DNA from: Spirochaetia bacterium
GTDB lineage: Bacteria > Spirochaetota > Spirochaetia > CAKZLE01
Assembly (NCBI GenBank): GCA_963677595.1
Contig: OY782041.1
Span: 992,001 to 1,056,000, forward strand
Reading direction: 5' to 3'
Length of the DNA stretch: 64,000 nucleotides
Below, piece after piece: positions 8,543 to 18,317 of this stretch. Each line of letters starts with the position of its first letter. Within the stretch, counting starts at the first letter, position 1. The position numbers and the translations under genes were made by a program. The notes under the pieces were generated by a model. That model was not told where the DNA came from, ran no database searches, and worked only from the letters and a program-made list of their open reading frames with translations.

Positions 8543-9616
8543 CTACTCCTCGATGTCTCCATGAGGATGGATGATGACCTTCAAGGTAGACTTGTCGGTC
8601 TTGTTTGTATCGAGTGCAGTGAAGTAGTCATCCAGGTCGAACGTATGGGTGATCAGGAACTTCACGTTGCATTTCCCGCTCTGCATGAACTCGATCGCCC
8701 GCGGGAAGTTGTTCACCTGGCAGCTGACCCCGACATAGCTCTGGTTGTTGTAGTGTATCTCGTTGAGGAACTTCGCCTGGTTCTCGATCTGGATCTGTGA
8801 GTGGTAGCTGCCGTACTGGATGAACCGTCCGCCCTTGCGGAGGTACTTCATCAGGCTGCTGACCATTGACCATGCCCCGGAGGTATCGATGATCAGGTCG
8901 ATCCCATCGGGAAAGAGCTCATCAAGCACCTTCTCATGCACGGAGGGGTCATTCCGTTCTGCAAGGATGGTCGATACCCCGTAGCTCTCAAGGGTGTCGA
9001 GCCGTGACTGCACGAGCCCGATCGCCACAGACTTCTGGGCATTGGAGTGGTGGCAGAGCTGCGCCATGATGAGCCCATGAGGGCCCATGCCGCTGACTAC
9101 CACGTTCTCCCCCGGCTGGATCTGTGCCCGGTCGAGCGCCTCCACCGCGCAGGCTACCGGTTCTGCGACCGTAGCCTCGTCGTATGAGAGGTGGTCGGGG
9201 ATCTTCACGACATTACGTGCGATGATGTTCATGTACTGGGCGAACCCGCCGTTCTTGTTATGTCCGTGGGACCCGAAATGCTCACAGTAGAGCGGCTGGC
9301 CGTTCCTGCAGTACCAGCACTCCCCGCAGGGGACTGCATTGTCCGCTGTTACCCGGTCGCCGGGCTTGAAGGCAGTGACGTTCTTACCGACTTCCTCGAT
9401 GACTCCGGCGAACTCATGGCCGGTGATCACCGGGTACTTCGCCAGGGAACCGCCGCCCCCGATCGTGTCATGGTTGATCTCCGCCCACTTGCAGATTCCG
9501 CAGGCCATGATCTTGATGATCACCTCATCGTCCCCGCAGGTTGGGTACGGAACCATCTTTATACTCGCGTTCGGGCGTCCTGCACCTTCATGCACGAGTG
9601 CTTTCATTGTACGCAT
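8543..9616 (-). CDS. Zn-dependent alcohol/polyol dehydrogenase (MDR family)
   Basis: CGIC, GHEFAG, structural Zn CGECWYC..C, GMGPHG; start moved to ATG 9616 (GAGG RBS). Confidence 0.9.
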   Translation of the reverse strand: MRTMKALVHEGAGRPNASIKMVPYPTCGDDEVIIKIMACGICKWAEINHDTIGGGGSLAKYPVITGHEFAGVIEEVGKNVTAFKPGDRVTADNAVPCGECWYCRNGQPLYCEHFGSHGHNKNGGFAQYMNIIARNVVKIPDHLSYDEATVAEPVACAVEALDRAQIQPGENVVVSGMGPHGLIMAQLCHHSNAQKSVAIGLVQSRLDTLESYGVSTILAERNDPSVHEKVLDELFPDGIDLIIDTSGAWSMVSSLMKYLRKGGRFIQYGSYHSQIQIENQAKFLNEIHYNNQSYVGVSCQVNNFPRAIEFMQSGKCNVKFLITHTFDLDDYFTALDTNKTDKSTLKVIIHPHGDIEE

Positions 9617-9644
9617 GTAATGCCACCTCTCTTTAGTATGTAAA

Positions 9645-9673
9645 TAATAAACTGCTGATTGTTCTTTTGTCAA
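9645..9673 (-). promoter_or_regulatory. Internal sigma70-type promoter for the ADH-tkt-rpiB-MFS-aor unit
   Basis: Minus strand TTGACA followed 17-18 nt later by T(T)ATTAT, in an AT-rich intergenic gap. Confidence 0.5.
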
Positions 9674-9741
9674 CCTAATATGATACATTTCTAATCATAA
9701 CTAGTTTATTTATTATCATTAGTGATCTAAACCATGCCCGG

Positions 9742-10221
9742 TCAAGACTCCGAATGTGCTTTCACCTCGTCGACGTTCACGACCTCCATGTCGAAGCCGA
9801 GCTGGCTGTCCGTGTCGAAATAGGCCCAGACCAGGCCGGGTGTGTAGCGGTTCGAGAGTCCGTGCTGGACGAGCTCGACCCCGTTGGAGGCCATCTGCTC
9901 CTTAGCTTCGGCCATGTTGTCCACCGGGAACCCGATATGATGTACCCCGGGGCCGTGTTTTTCCATATGGGTCTTCCAGACCGATTCACCCTCGCTCTTG
10001 TCCTGGATGAACTCGAGGTCGATGTTCTCGAAATGGTAGATGCACAGGGTGTTGTTGAAGTTGCCCGGCTCATCCCGGTAGACCCCGCCGTCCCTCCTGA
10101 TATTCTCCAGCAGCACATCGGGCTCCATGCCGAAAAGCCGCTTCATCGTCTCCATCGTCTCCTTCAGGTCCTTGACGACCACGCCTACCTGGTCGATCTT
10201 GCCGAACTTGTTCTTCTTCAC
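9742..10221 (-). CDS. VOC family protein (methylmalonyl-CoA epimerase/glyoxalase-like)
   Basis: IDQVGVVVKDL, LEFIQ, GPGVHHIGF and MEVV metal-ligand pattern. Confidence 0.88.
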   Translation of the reverse strand: MKKNKFGKIDQVGVVVKDLKETMETMKRLFGMEPDVLLENIRRDGGVYRDEPGNFNNTLCIYHFENIDLEFIQDKSEGESVWKTHMEKHGPGVHHIGFPVDNMAEAKEQMASNGVELVQHGLSNRYTPGLVWAYFDTDSQLGFDMEVVNVDEVKAHSES

Positions 10222-11249
10222 AGCTGTCCTCCTTCCAATGGGATTTCTCTATCTTTGACAGCTTCATACTGTCTCCTGATCAATTCATAGGGGACGAGCC
10301 CGTAGGGGCATCTCGGCACGCAGGTCCCGCACTCGGTGCAGGTCGGGATCTTCTCCATGGCGAGCACCCACTGCTGCTGCATGTAGTCGTCGAAGACCAT
10401 CCTGCGCAGGAAGCTCTCCATCCTGCCCCCGAAGGAGATGTTGATCCCTTCAGGACAGGGCATGCAGTAACCGCAGCCCCGGCAAAAATCGCCGCCGAGC
10501 GATGCCCGCTCCCGCAGCACAGCCTCAGCCATCGTCTTATCATAGTCGGGGCAGTCAGAGTCCAGGGCTAGGATCTCATCGAGTTCCCACTCCTTTTCGA
10601 ATCCCCAGATCGGGACGACGTTCCCAAAGCTGTAGAGGTAGGAGAAGTTCGCCGCGATGTTCCGGATCAGCCCGCCGCTCAGCGCCTTCATGGCGATGAA
10701 CCCGACATCCTCCTGCCGGCAGAGTTCCACCAGTTCCACATCCTGCTCACCCGAGAGCGAGGAGAAGGGGAACTGCACCGTCTCATAGAACCCGGAGGCT
10801 GCCGCCTCCTTCGCGTTCTTCAGGCTGTGGTTCGTGATCCCGATATGGCCGATGAGGCCTTTTTGCTTTGCGTCATACATGGCGTCATACAGCCCGTCTT
10901 CCCCGCCGGGAAGCGGTACGAAGGGGGGATTGTGGAGCTGGAAGAGGTCGATATGGTCGGTCCCGAGTTCCTTCAGGCTCTCCTCGAGGTCACGGGTCAG
11001 CTCCTCACCCGTCGAGGACATGGACTTGGTCGCGATGACGACCTCATCGAGTACATCCTTCAGGGCGATCCCGACCTTCTGTTCGCTGTCGGTATAGAGC
11101 CGTGCAGTATCGAAGAAGTTGATCCCGTGCTCATGTGCCCGCCTGAGCAGTGAGACCGCCTCAGCGGTGCTCCTCCTCTGGATCGGCAGGCAGCCGAACG
11201 AGGAGCGGCTCACCATGAGACCGCTCTTCCCGAGACGTACCCTCTCCAT
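10218..11249 (-). CDS. Aldo/keto reductase with C-terminal Fe-S domain
   Basis: FDTARLY, ATKS, FQLH tetrad; CRGCGYCMPCP and CTECGTCVPRCP. Confidence 0.92.
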   Translation of the reverse strand: MERVRLGKSGLMVSRSSFGCLPIQRRSTAEAVSLLRRAHEHGINFFDTARLYTDSEQKVGIALKDVLDEVVIATKSMSSTGEELTRDLEESLKELGTDHIDLFQLHNPPFVPLPGGEDGLYDAMYDAKQKGLIGHIGITNHSLKNAKEAAASGFYETVQFPFSSLSGEQDVELVELCRQEDVGFIAMKALSGGLIRNIAANFSYLYSFGNVVPIWGFEKEWELDEILALDSDCPDYDKTMAEAVLRERASLGGDFCRGCGYCMPCPEGINISFGGRMESFLRRMVFDDYMQQQWVLAMEKIPTCTECGTCVPRCPYGLVPYELIRRQYEAVKDREIPLEGGQL

Positions 11250-11254
11250 GACCT

Positions 11255-12073
11255 CTACCCGAATACCCTTCGCATGGTCGCGAGGTCCTGCTTCGCGAGG
11301 TCAGCAGGCTCCCCCTTCTGGTTGAAGGGTTCGAGGGCATAGTAGTTCTCGCTGACGAACCAGCCGGTATAATCGGTGCCCTTGATGAGCTCAGCCGTCT
11401 TGTGGAAATCCCCCATCCCCTCCCCGAAGAAGGTGCAGCCCACATTGTCGAAAGGGGCATCCTTGAGGTGGTAATGGTCGATCACCCCGGCAAGCGGGAG
11501 GATCTCGTCCAGGGGACTTGCTGTCCCGAACCTGATCGGGTTGTAGATGTCATAGCAGACCTTCAGTCCCTCGCCCGCGATATCGATCATCCGCAGGATC
11601 TCCTCCACGGTGAGGATACTCTCGAAGACGATCGAGACCCCGTGGTCGGCACCGACCTTGCAGGCCCTCTTGAACATCTCGGCGGTATTGAGGAACTCCG
11701 CCTCGTTCTCTATCTGGCAGGCCATGCCGGAGGTGAGAAAGAGCTCGGGGATCTTCATGGCCGCACAGGCCGAGATCCCCTTCATGATGCTGTTCCAGCC
11801 CGCCTCCCCTTCCGAGGTGGAGAAGGGGTACTTCATCGTCCCTTCCCGCACGAGGGTGTAGAGGTGAAGGCCCTGGTATGCGATCCCGTACCGTTCTGCC
11901 GCCTCGATATACTGCTGCTGCACGGAGGCACGGTTGAGGGGGAAGGACTCTTTCGCCCCGCCTGCATCACCGAGCTGGATCCCGTCAAAACCGACCCCAG
12001 CTGCGAACTGCACGGCATCCACGCCGGAAGCCGGCAGGACCCATTCACATACCCCGTATCTGTTCTTTCCCAT
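11255..12073 (-). CDS. Sugar isomerase/epimerase, xylose-isomerase-like TIM barrel
   Basis: FES, CYDIYN, YHLKD, GEGMGDF and VSEN metal-ligand pattern. Confidence 0.85.
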   Translation of the reverse strand: MGKNRYGVCEWVLPASGVDAVQFAAGVGFDGIQLGDAGGAKESFPLNRASVQQQYIEAAERYGIAYQGLHLYTLVREGTMKYPFSTSEGEAGWNSIMKGISACAAMKIPELFLTSGMACQIENEAEFLNTAEMFKRACKVGADHGVSIVFESILTVEEILRMIDIAGEGLKVCYDIYNPIRFGTASPLDEILPLAGVIDHYHLKDAPFDNVGCTFFGEGMGDFHKTAELIKGTDYTGWFVSENYYALEPFNQKGEPADLAKQDLATMRRVFG

Positions 12074-12103
12074 AATCTTTCTCTCTTTATTTCTTCACCG
12101 GCC

Positions 12104-12152
12104 AGGCAGAGGATGATACGGCGATCCTCCCGGATCGCCGCTGCCTTCTGCC
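12104..12152. other. Long intergenic stem-loop inside the operon
   Basis: CGGCGATCC-TCCC-GGATCGCCG core with outer GGCAGAGG/CCTTCTGCC arms. Confidence 0.6.
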
Positions 12153-12179
12153 CCTGGTCCTCTAGTGATCCGGACCTGG

Positions 12180-13217
12180 TCAGTCTATCTCGATGATCGT
12201 CTTGATGTTGTTCTGCTTGTCCGCGATGGTGTCGTCATACGCCTGCTGGGACTGGTCGAACGGATAGACCTTGGTCACGATGCTCTTGATGTCGATCCTG
12301 CCTGAAGCTACCGACTCGATCGCTGCAGGGAAGATGTTCCGGTAACGGAAGACCGTCTTGATCTGTGCTTCCTTGATGTAGAGGTTCCGGAAGCTGTAAG
12401 GGACTTCATCAAAGAGATTCCCCACGATGACTACCGTACCGCCCCGCCCTACCAGATGGCTGGTCTGAGCATAGGTGATCTTGTTGCCGGCTGTCTCGAA
12501 GACCTGGTTGGTCCCCTTCCCGTCGGTCAGCTCCATGGCCTTCTTGATCGTATCGTCCTTCAGCGGGTTGATGACATAGTCGGCACCGATCTTCAGGGCA
12601 AGCTCGAGCCTGCTCTCGACCAGGTCGGCAACGATGGCCTTCGAGGCCCCCCAGGCTTTCGCTGCCAGCAGGGTCGCAAGGCCGATACAGCCGCCGCCGA
12701 GTACGGTGATGGAGTCGCCCATCGATACCTCTCCCTGCTTCACGGCATGGATACCCACAGCCAGGGGTTCGATCAGTGCTCCCTCGAGGGTGGACATCCC
12801 CTCAGGCAGCTTGAATGCCATGTAGGCAGGATAGCTCATGTACTTCCGCATAGCTCCGTCATAGGGTGGTACTGCCATGAACTGCACATCCGGGCAGAGG
12901 TTGTAGCGCCCGGAGAGACAGTACTCGCACTTCCCGCAGGGAAGGCCCGGTTCGAGTGCCACGGTATCACCGACAGCAAGATGCTTCACATTCTTCCCGA
13001 CCTCGTAGACCACCCCGGCACACTCGTGCCCGAGGATCAGCGGGAGCTTGGTCTCTCGGGTGGGGATCCCGCCCAGCTCGAAGAGATGCGCATCGGAACC
13101 GCAGATCCCGACATGCTTCATCTGTACCCCGACCTCATCATCCCCGACGGTCGGCATGGGGATCTCCTGTATCTCGAACTGCTTGGCTTTTACCATGAAT
13201 ACGGCTTTGTTCTTCAT
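12180..13217 (-). CDS. NAD(P)-dependent sorbitol/xylitol-type Zn dehydrogenase
   Basis: GICGSD, LGHECAG, CGKCEYC...YNLC, GALIEPL, GGGCIG, VFRY. Confidence 0.92.
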   Translation of the reverse strand: MKNKAVFMVKAKQFEIQEIPMPTVGDDEVGVQMKHVGICGSDAHLFELGGIPTRETKLPLILGHECAGVVYEVGKNVKHLAVGDTVALEPGLPCGKCEYCLSGRYNLCPDVQFMAVPPYDGAMRKYMSYPAYMAFKLPEGMSTLEGALIEPLAVGIHAVKQGEVSMGDSITVLGGGCIGLATLLAAKAWGASKAIVADLVESRLELALKIGADYVINPLKDDTIKKAMELTDGKGTNQVFETAGNKITYAQTSHLVGRGGTVVIVGNLFDEVPYSFRNLYIKEAQIKTVFRYRNIFPAAIESVASGRIDIKSIVTKVYPFDQSQQAYDDTIADKQNNIKTIIEID

Positions 13218-13259
13218 AATCTGTCTGAACCTCGAATATTGGAATGGAATTGTCTAATA

Positions 13260-13288
13260 AGCATAATACACAATCATTTACCTGTCAA
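13260..13288 (-). promoter_or_regulatory. sigma70-type promoter of the polyol dehydrogenase operon
   Basis: Minus strand TTGACA-N17-TATGCT. Confidence 0.6.
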
Positions 13289-13597
13289 TTATATTGTTGT
13301 TTTAGTTCGTACTATGATTGTTTATGATCATTATCTGTTTGCAAATCAGAGAACCAAGGGAGGAGATTCGCTCCGTTAAGACGGGGAACAGGGAGGCATG
13401 AGTGGCAGAATCGTTGGTGCCCAGCAGGAGGACCAAATGTTCTTTTTGAAAGAAGATATCAGAACATTCTTATTTTTCTAGTAAAAACCAAGATAATATG
13501 CTATATTATAGCCAGGTATGTGTTCATTTTGTACTTTTTGTTCTTATTCAGTCATGCCAATACCTGATCACCTATCCATAAGATAAAGGAACTGACT

Positions 13598-14377
13598 ATG
13601 CAGATAAGTACCATCGCCTCCAACCGGCATGTGAAGATCCTAGATATCCTCTCGAAAGAGGGAAAGGTACGGGTAGATACGCTCAGCGACCTCTTCGATG
13701 TCGCCCCGATCACGATCAGGCGGGACCTGGACTACCTTGACAGCCAGAAACTCCTGATCAGGACCCACGGGGGTGCGACACGGATCGATGCAGGTCCCAC
13801 CATCATCCCGGAGGAGAACTTCTCCGAGAAGGGGATCTCCCATACCTTCGAGAAGCAGCGGATCGCGCAGAAGGCTGCGGAACTGATCGAGGATGATGCC
13901 ATTCTCTATGTGAACAGCGGTTCTACCGTCCTTTACTTCATCCAGGCCCTGAAGGACAAGCATATCAGGATCATCACCAACAATGCTGGTGCGATCGGGA
14001 TCAAGAAGGACCCGTCCATCGAGATGGTCATGCTCGGGGGCGAATACCGGGAGAAATCGAGATCGTTCATCGGGATCATCACGATCGAGAACATCCAGAA
14101 GATAAACAGCACCCATACCGTGCTCGGCATCAACGGGTTCAGCCTGGAGCGGGGACTCATGACATCAGTCCTGCAGGAATGCACCGTTAACCAGGCAATG
14201 ATCCAGAACACGAACGGGAATGTGATCGTCCTTGCGGATCACTCGAAAATCGGCAAGGTCTCCAACTTTGCCACCGCGACCCTCGACAAGGTCGACATCC
14301 TCGTTACAGATGATCAAGCCCCCAAAGAGATCATAGCTGAACTCGAGAAAGCAGGGATCACGGTGATCATTGCGTAA
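13598..14377 (+). CDS. DeoR/GlpR family transcriptional regulator (UlaR-like position)
   Basis: TIRRDL..L....RTHGGA HTH; SGST, LGGEY and ADHSKIG sensor-domain motifs. Confidence 0.93.
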   Translation: MQISTIASNRHVKILDILSKEGKVRVDTLSDLFDVAPITIRRDLDYLDSQKLLIRTHGGATRIDAGPTIIPEENFSEKGISHTFEKQRIAQKAAELIEDDAILYVNSGSTVLYFIQALKDKHIRIITNNAGAIGIKKDPSIEMVMLGGEYREKSRSFIGIITIENIQKINSTHTVLGINGFSLERGLMTSVLQECTVNQAMIQNTNGNVIVLADHSKIGKVSNFATATLDKVDILVTDDQAPKEIIAELEKAGITVIIA

Positions 14378-14382
14378 TATGA

Positions 14383-15861
14383 TCACAATCCCTTGATCGC
14401 GGCATACAGTCTTTTCTTCTTTTCCTTCAGGTCACTGAAAACCTTCACCCCTTCAGGTCCCGGCTGATACGTCCTGCTCTTCGTATAGCCTGCATACCGC
14501 GAAAAAGCTGCTTCATAGGAACCATACAGCCCAATCGTCACTGCCGTGCTCATCCAGGCACCCACGGCGGTCGCCTCCAGGTTGTCATACCTGGTCACGG
14601 GCATGCTGAACCCGTCAGCCTGCATCTGGTTGTAGAGATCGAACCGGGTCATCCCGCCGGCAACACTCACGGTCTCTACAGGTATCCCGAGTTCATCGAT
14701 CAGGTCGATGTTCTCAGCAGTCTCAACGACGATACCCTCGAGAATCGACCTCGCAATATCACCCCGCTTCGTTGCCAGGCTAAGCCCGAAGAATACACCT
14801 TTCGCACCGGGGTCCCAGTAGGGGGCACCCCGCCCTGTCGGGTGCGGCAGGCAAACCACTCCATGCGATCCGGGGACCGAGTCCATGATCTCACGGTCGA
14901 TCCTCCTGAAGACCGGCTCCCCCTCGGGGAGCTCCTCATAGAGTTCCTCACTGAGCCACCGGTAGATGGTCCCCGAGGCAAGGGTTCCTGCCTCGATGAT
15001 ATACCTGCCGGGGATCGCCCCGACATTGCAGAAGAGACGCTTGTCCTCATCGATGACCGGATTGTCGCTGCAGGCGATCACATAGGATCCGGTCCCGGTA
15101 TTCACCACGATGTTCCCGGGGGCGATGAGGCCGAGTCCAAGAGCAGCGCACTGCTGGTCGCCACCGGCAGAGATCACCGGTATCGTATCACTGGAGTTAA
15201 GCATGTCCAAATATGGCCTTGTCAAGGCCCCGCAGATACTGCCGGGGGCAACGAGGTCGCAAAGGTGTCCCCTGTCGACCTCGAAGACCGAGAGGAGTTC
15301 CTCATCCCAGTCGAGAGTCTCGAGGTTGAAGAGGTTGGTACGGCTTGCCAGGGAGTGGTCGGTGACGAACCTCCCGGTCAGCAGGTAGATGATGTAGTCC
15401 TGCACCCCGATGTACTTATGGGCTTGCGCATGCAGCTCAGGCCTGTTCCGTCTGAACCAGAGCATCTTGACCCCGGAGAAGACCGAGGTGATCTTGAGCC
15501 CTGATTTCCTGAAGACCGTATCATCATGATGTAGTAGCTCCTCGCAGAGCGCATCGGTACGTTTGTCCTGCCACATGATCGCAGATGCCAGCGGAGTCCC
15601 GTCCTCAGAGACCGGGAATACCGGCGAACGGAAGGCCGTGACGCCGATGCCCAGGATATGGATCTCAGGTCCTCCTGCGATCTCCGTGAGTATCTCAGTC
15701 AGGGCGTCCTTCCAGATGAGCGGATCCTGTTCGACCCGGCCTTGCTCACGGAAAGAGGGGCAGGTATGGCGCTGGGAGATCGTGATCATCTCCCCGGAAG
15801 GGGAGAAGAGCACGCCCCGCATGCTGGTGGTCCCTATGTCGAGAGAAAGAATAGCCTCCAT
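14383..15861 (-). CDS. FGGY family carbohydrate kinase (xylulokinase-like)
   Basis: LDIGTTS, EQDP, WQDKR, GGDQQCAALG, GRGAPYW, AGGMTR. Confidence 0.92.
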   Translation of the reverse strand: MEAILSLDIGTTSMRGVLFSPSGEMITISQRHTCPSFREQGRVEQDPLIWKDALTEILTEIAGGPEIHILGIGVTAFRSPVFPVSEDGTPLASAIMWQDKRTDALCEELLHHDDTVFRKSGLKITSVFSGVKMLWFRRNRPELHAQAHKYIGVQDYIIYLLTGRFVTDHSLASRTNLFNLETLDWDEELLSVFEVDRGHLCDLVAPGSICGALTRPYLDMLNSSDTIPVISAGGDQQCAALGLGLIAPGNIVVNTGTGSYVIACSDNPVIDEDKRLFCNVGAIPGRYIIEAGTLASGTIYRWLSEELYEELPEGEPVFRRIDREIMDSVPGSHGVVCLPHPTGRGAPYWDPGAKGVFFGLSLATKRGDIARSILEGIVVETAENIDLIDELGIPVETVSVAGGMTRFDLYNQMQADGFSMPVTRYDNLEATAVGAWMSTAVTIGLYGSYEAAFSRYAGYTKSRTYQPGPEGVKVFSDLKEKKKRLYAAIKGL

Positions 15862-15875
15862 ACATCCCCTCTTAT

Positions 15876-16580
15876 TCACTTCTGTCCGTAATAGGCATCC
15901 TTACCGTGCTTGCGCAGGTAGTGCTTGTCAAGCATGGCTGACGGGATGCTCTCATGCCCAGGGGAAAGCAGCATGGTCTGGTAGGCCATGGCCGCAAGCT
16001 CCTCCATGACGACCGCGTTATGGACCGCATCCTCCGGGCTCTTCCCCCAGGTGAACGGGCCGTGACAGGCGACTACCACACCGGGCATCGCTGCCGGGTC
16101 GATTCCAAGTCCCCTGAACGTCTCGCTGATGACCTCACCGGTATTCACCTCATAGGCAGACTCGATCTCATCACGGGTCAGTCTCCTGGTGCAGGGGATA
16201 TCCCCGTAGAAATAGTCGGCATGGGTCGTCCCGAATGCCGGGATGTCCATCTCGGCTTGTGCCCAGGTCGTCGCCATCCTCGAATGGGTATGGACGATAC
16301 CCCGGCACTCCGGGAAGTCCCGGTAGAGCACGAGGTGCGTGGCAAGATCCGAGCTTGGCCTGTACGACCCTTCTAGCGTGATCCCGTCCATGTCAACGAT
16401 GACCAGGTCATCTATGCCCATTGTATCATAGGAAACCCCGCTCGGCTTGATTATTACCCTGGTCCTGTCTTCGGTGATCCCGCTGACATTCCCCCAGGTA
16501 TAGGTCACCAGGCCCTTTCTCGGGAGTTCGAGGTTAGCCTCCAGCACCCGTTCCTTCAATGCTTTCAATTCTTCTTTCAT
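15876..16580 (-). CDS. araD: L-ribulose-5-phosphate 4-epimerase (AraD/UlaF/SgbE)
   Basis: [41 protein letters not shown]. Confidence 0.95.
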   Translation of the reverse strand: MKEELKALKERVLEANLELPRKGLVTYTWGNVSGITEDRTRVIIKPSGVSYDTMGIDDLVIVDMDGITLEGSYRPSSDLATHLVLYRDFPECRGIVHTHSRMATTWAQAEMDIPAFGTTHADYFYGDIPCTRRLTRDEIESAYEVNTGEVISETFRGLGIDPAAMPGVVVACHGPFTWGKSPEDAVHNAVVMEELAAMAYQTMLLSPGHESIPSAMLDKHYLRKHGKDAYYGQK

Positions 16581-17455
16581 TCCAGATACCCGCCTTCTCT
16601 CATCTGCTCAAGCATCCACTCCCGGGCCTCACGTACAGCCGCCTCGGGATCGTCACTCTTCTCGGTCCACATCTCGATCAGGAAGGGACCGCGGTATTCC
16701 AGCTCCCTCAACAATGAGAAGACGCCGGGGAAATCGACGCAGCCGGCCCCGAACGGGACCTCCTTGAACTTCCCTGGGTACTCATCGGTGACTGCGAGGG
16801 TATCCTTGAGGTGGATGGCGGTGATCTGGTTACTACCCTTACGGAGTTCCGCCTCCACGTCATTGCCCCAGGCAGTCAGGTTCCCGACATCGGGATAGAC
16901 GGTGAACCAGGGGGAAGGGAGCTCTTCTTTATAGGTGAGATACCGGGTAATGGAGCTCATGAGGGGAGTGTCCATGATCTCCATGGCGAGCATTACCTGC
17001 TCCCGCGCAGCATACGACACGGCTTCAGCCAAGCCTTCTCTGAACCACTGGAGGGTCTGCTCGTCACTCTCCTCATAATAGACATCATAGCCTGCGAGCT
17101 GGATCACCCGCACACCGAGATCTACCGCGAGATCCACGGCCTTCCGCATGATCTCCCGTCCCTTCGCTCGTATTTCGGGATCATGGGAACCGAGCGGGAA
17201 CCGCCGGTGCCCGCTCAGGCAGATCGACGGGATCCGGATGTCGTGTGCATACATGGACGAGACGCAGGAGAGGCGCTCTTCCCTGCTCCAATCGAGCCTG
17301 GCAAGCCGTTCATCGGTCTCATCGACCGACATCTCCACGAAGTCGTACCCGCACCGTCTTGCCAGGGAGAAACGTTCATCCCAGGAGAGTCCCTTCAGCA
17401 GGGCCTTCTCATAGATACCGAGCTTGAGTTCATGTTCTGTAAGAGACTTCATCAT
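16577..17455 (-). CDS. ulaE: L-xylulose-5-phosphate 3-epimerase (UlaE/SgbU)
   Basis: [49 protein letters not shown]. Confidence 0.95.
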   Translation of the reverse strand: MMKSLTEHELKLGIYEKALLKGLSWDERFSLARRCGYDFVEMSVDETDERLARLDWSREERLSCVSSMYAHDIRIPSICLSGHRRFPLGSHDPEIRAKGREIMRKAVDLAVDLGVRVIQLAGYDVYYEESDEQTLQWFREGLAEAVSYAAREQVMLAMEIMDTPLMSSITRYLTYKEELPSPWFTVYPDVGNLTAWGNDVEAELRKGSNQITAIHLKDTLAVTDEYPGKFKEVPFGAGCVDFPGVFSLLRELEYRGPFLIEMWTEKSDDPEAAVREAREWMLEQMREGGYLE

Positions 17456-17457
17456 CC

Positions 17458-18108
17458 CTACCAGAGCCTGTCGATCTCTGCCTTGAAAGCCCGTGCGACT
17501 GCCACTGGGTCAGGTGCGCCCGAGAGAGATCTGCCTGCGATGAAACACTTCACCGGGATTCCCTTGAAGTATTCAAGATCCTCAGGGTTGAGCCCTCCGG
17601 TAACGGAGATATTGAACCCCATCTCTGCCATCTTCCTGATCTTGTTCAGGTCGTTCTCTCCCCACTTCTGCCCGGCAAGCTCTGCATCCCGGCCCCGGTG
17701 GTAGATAGCCTGAGTCAGCCCGAGCTTCCGCCACTCGGCAGCATGCTCGAAGGTCCAGTCCCCGTAGAGCTCGACCTGGATGTCGCCGCCATGCTCGTCG
17801 GCTACCTTCTTGGCAGCTGCCATGGTCGCATAGGGGGCGGAGCAGATGACCGTCATCCAGGTAGCCCCCTTCTCGAAGACCTGCTTTGCCACGACTGTGC
17901 CGGCATCGGCAGCCTTGAGGTCAGCAAGTACGATCTTCTCAGGGTAGAGAGCCCGAAGGGTCTCCACTACCCGGGGAGCCCCTTCCGCGTAACAGAGGAT
18001 CGTCCCTCCCTCCAGTACATCGACCTCATCAGCCAGGACCCTCGTGGTCTCCAGGGCTTCTGCCAGACTCAGGTGGTCCAGCGCTACCTGCAGCAATGGT
18101 TTACTCAT
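17458..18108 (-). CDS. ulaD: 3-keto-L-gulonate-6-phosphate decarboxylase (UlaD/SgbH)
   Basis: PLLQVALD, DLKAADAG, QVELYGDW, YHRGRD, VTGG, FIAGR. Confidence 0.95.
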   Translation of the reverse strand: MSKPLLQVALDHLSLAEALETTRVLADEVDVLEGGTILCYAEGAPRVVETLRALYPEKIVLADLKAADAGTVVAKQVFEKGATWMTVICSAPYATMAAAKKVADEHGGDIQVELYGDWTFEHAAEWRKLGLTQAIYHRGRDAELAGQKWGENDLNKIRKMAEMGFNISVTGGLNPEDLEYFKGIPVKCFIAGRSLSGAPDPVAVARAFKAEIDRLW

Positions 18109-18255
18109 ATTCTCCCTCCTTGAACGTCACATAGTGAAATGTTCTATCAGTTCGTTTTTATGCTTTTTTATGTTCTATGAGTGTAATAGTAGAGCGATAT
18201 CATCCATTTGTAAAGATAATAATGTTTCTTTTGTTCTTTTTTTATGTTTTTTTTG

Positions 18256-18284
18256 TTGACAAATGAACAGGGCGGGTGTTTAAT
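18256..18284 (+). promoter_or_regulatory. sigma70-type promoter of ulaG-tct-sulfatase
   Basis: TTGACA-N17-TTTAAT in the AT-rich divergent ulaD/ulaG gap. Confidence 0.6.
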
Positions 18285-18317
18285 AGAATTATAAGCAACT
18301 GACATCAGGAGTGATGA

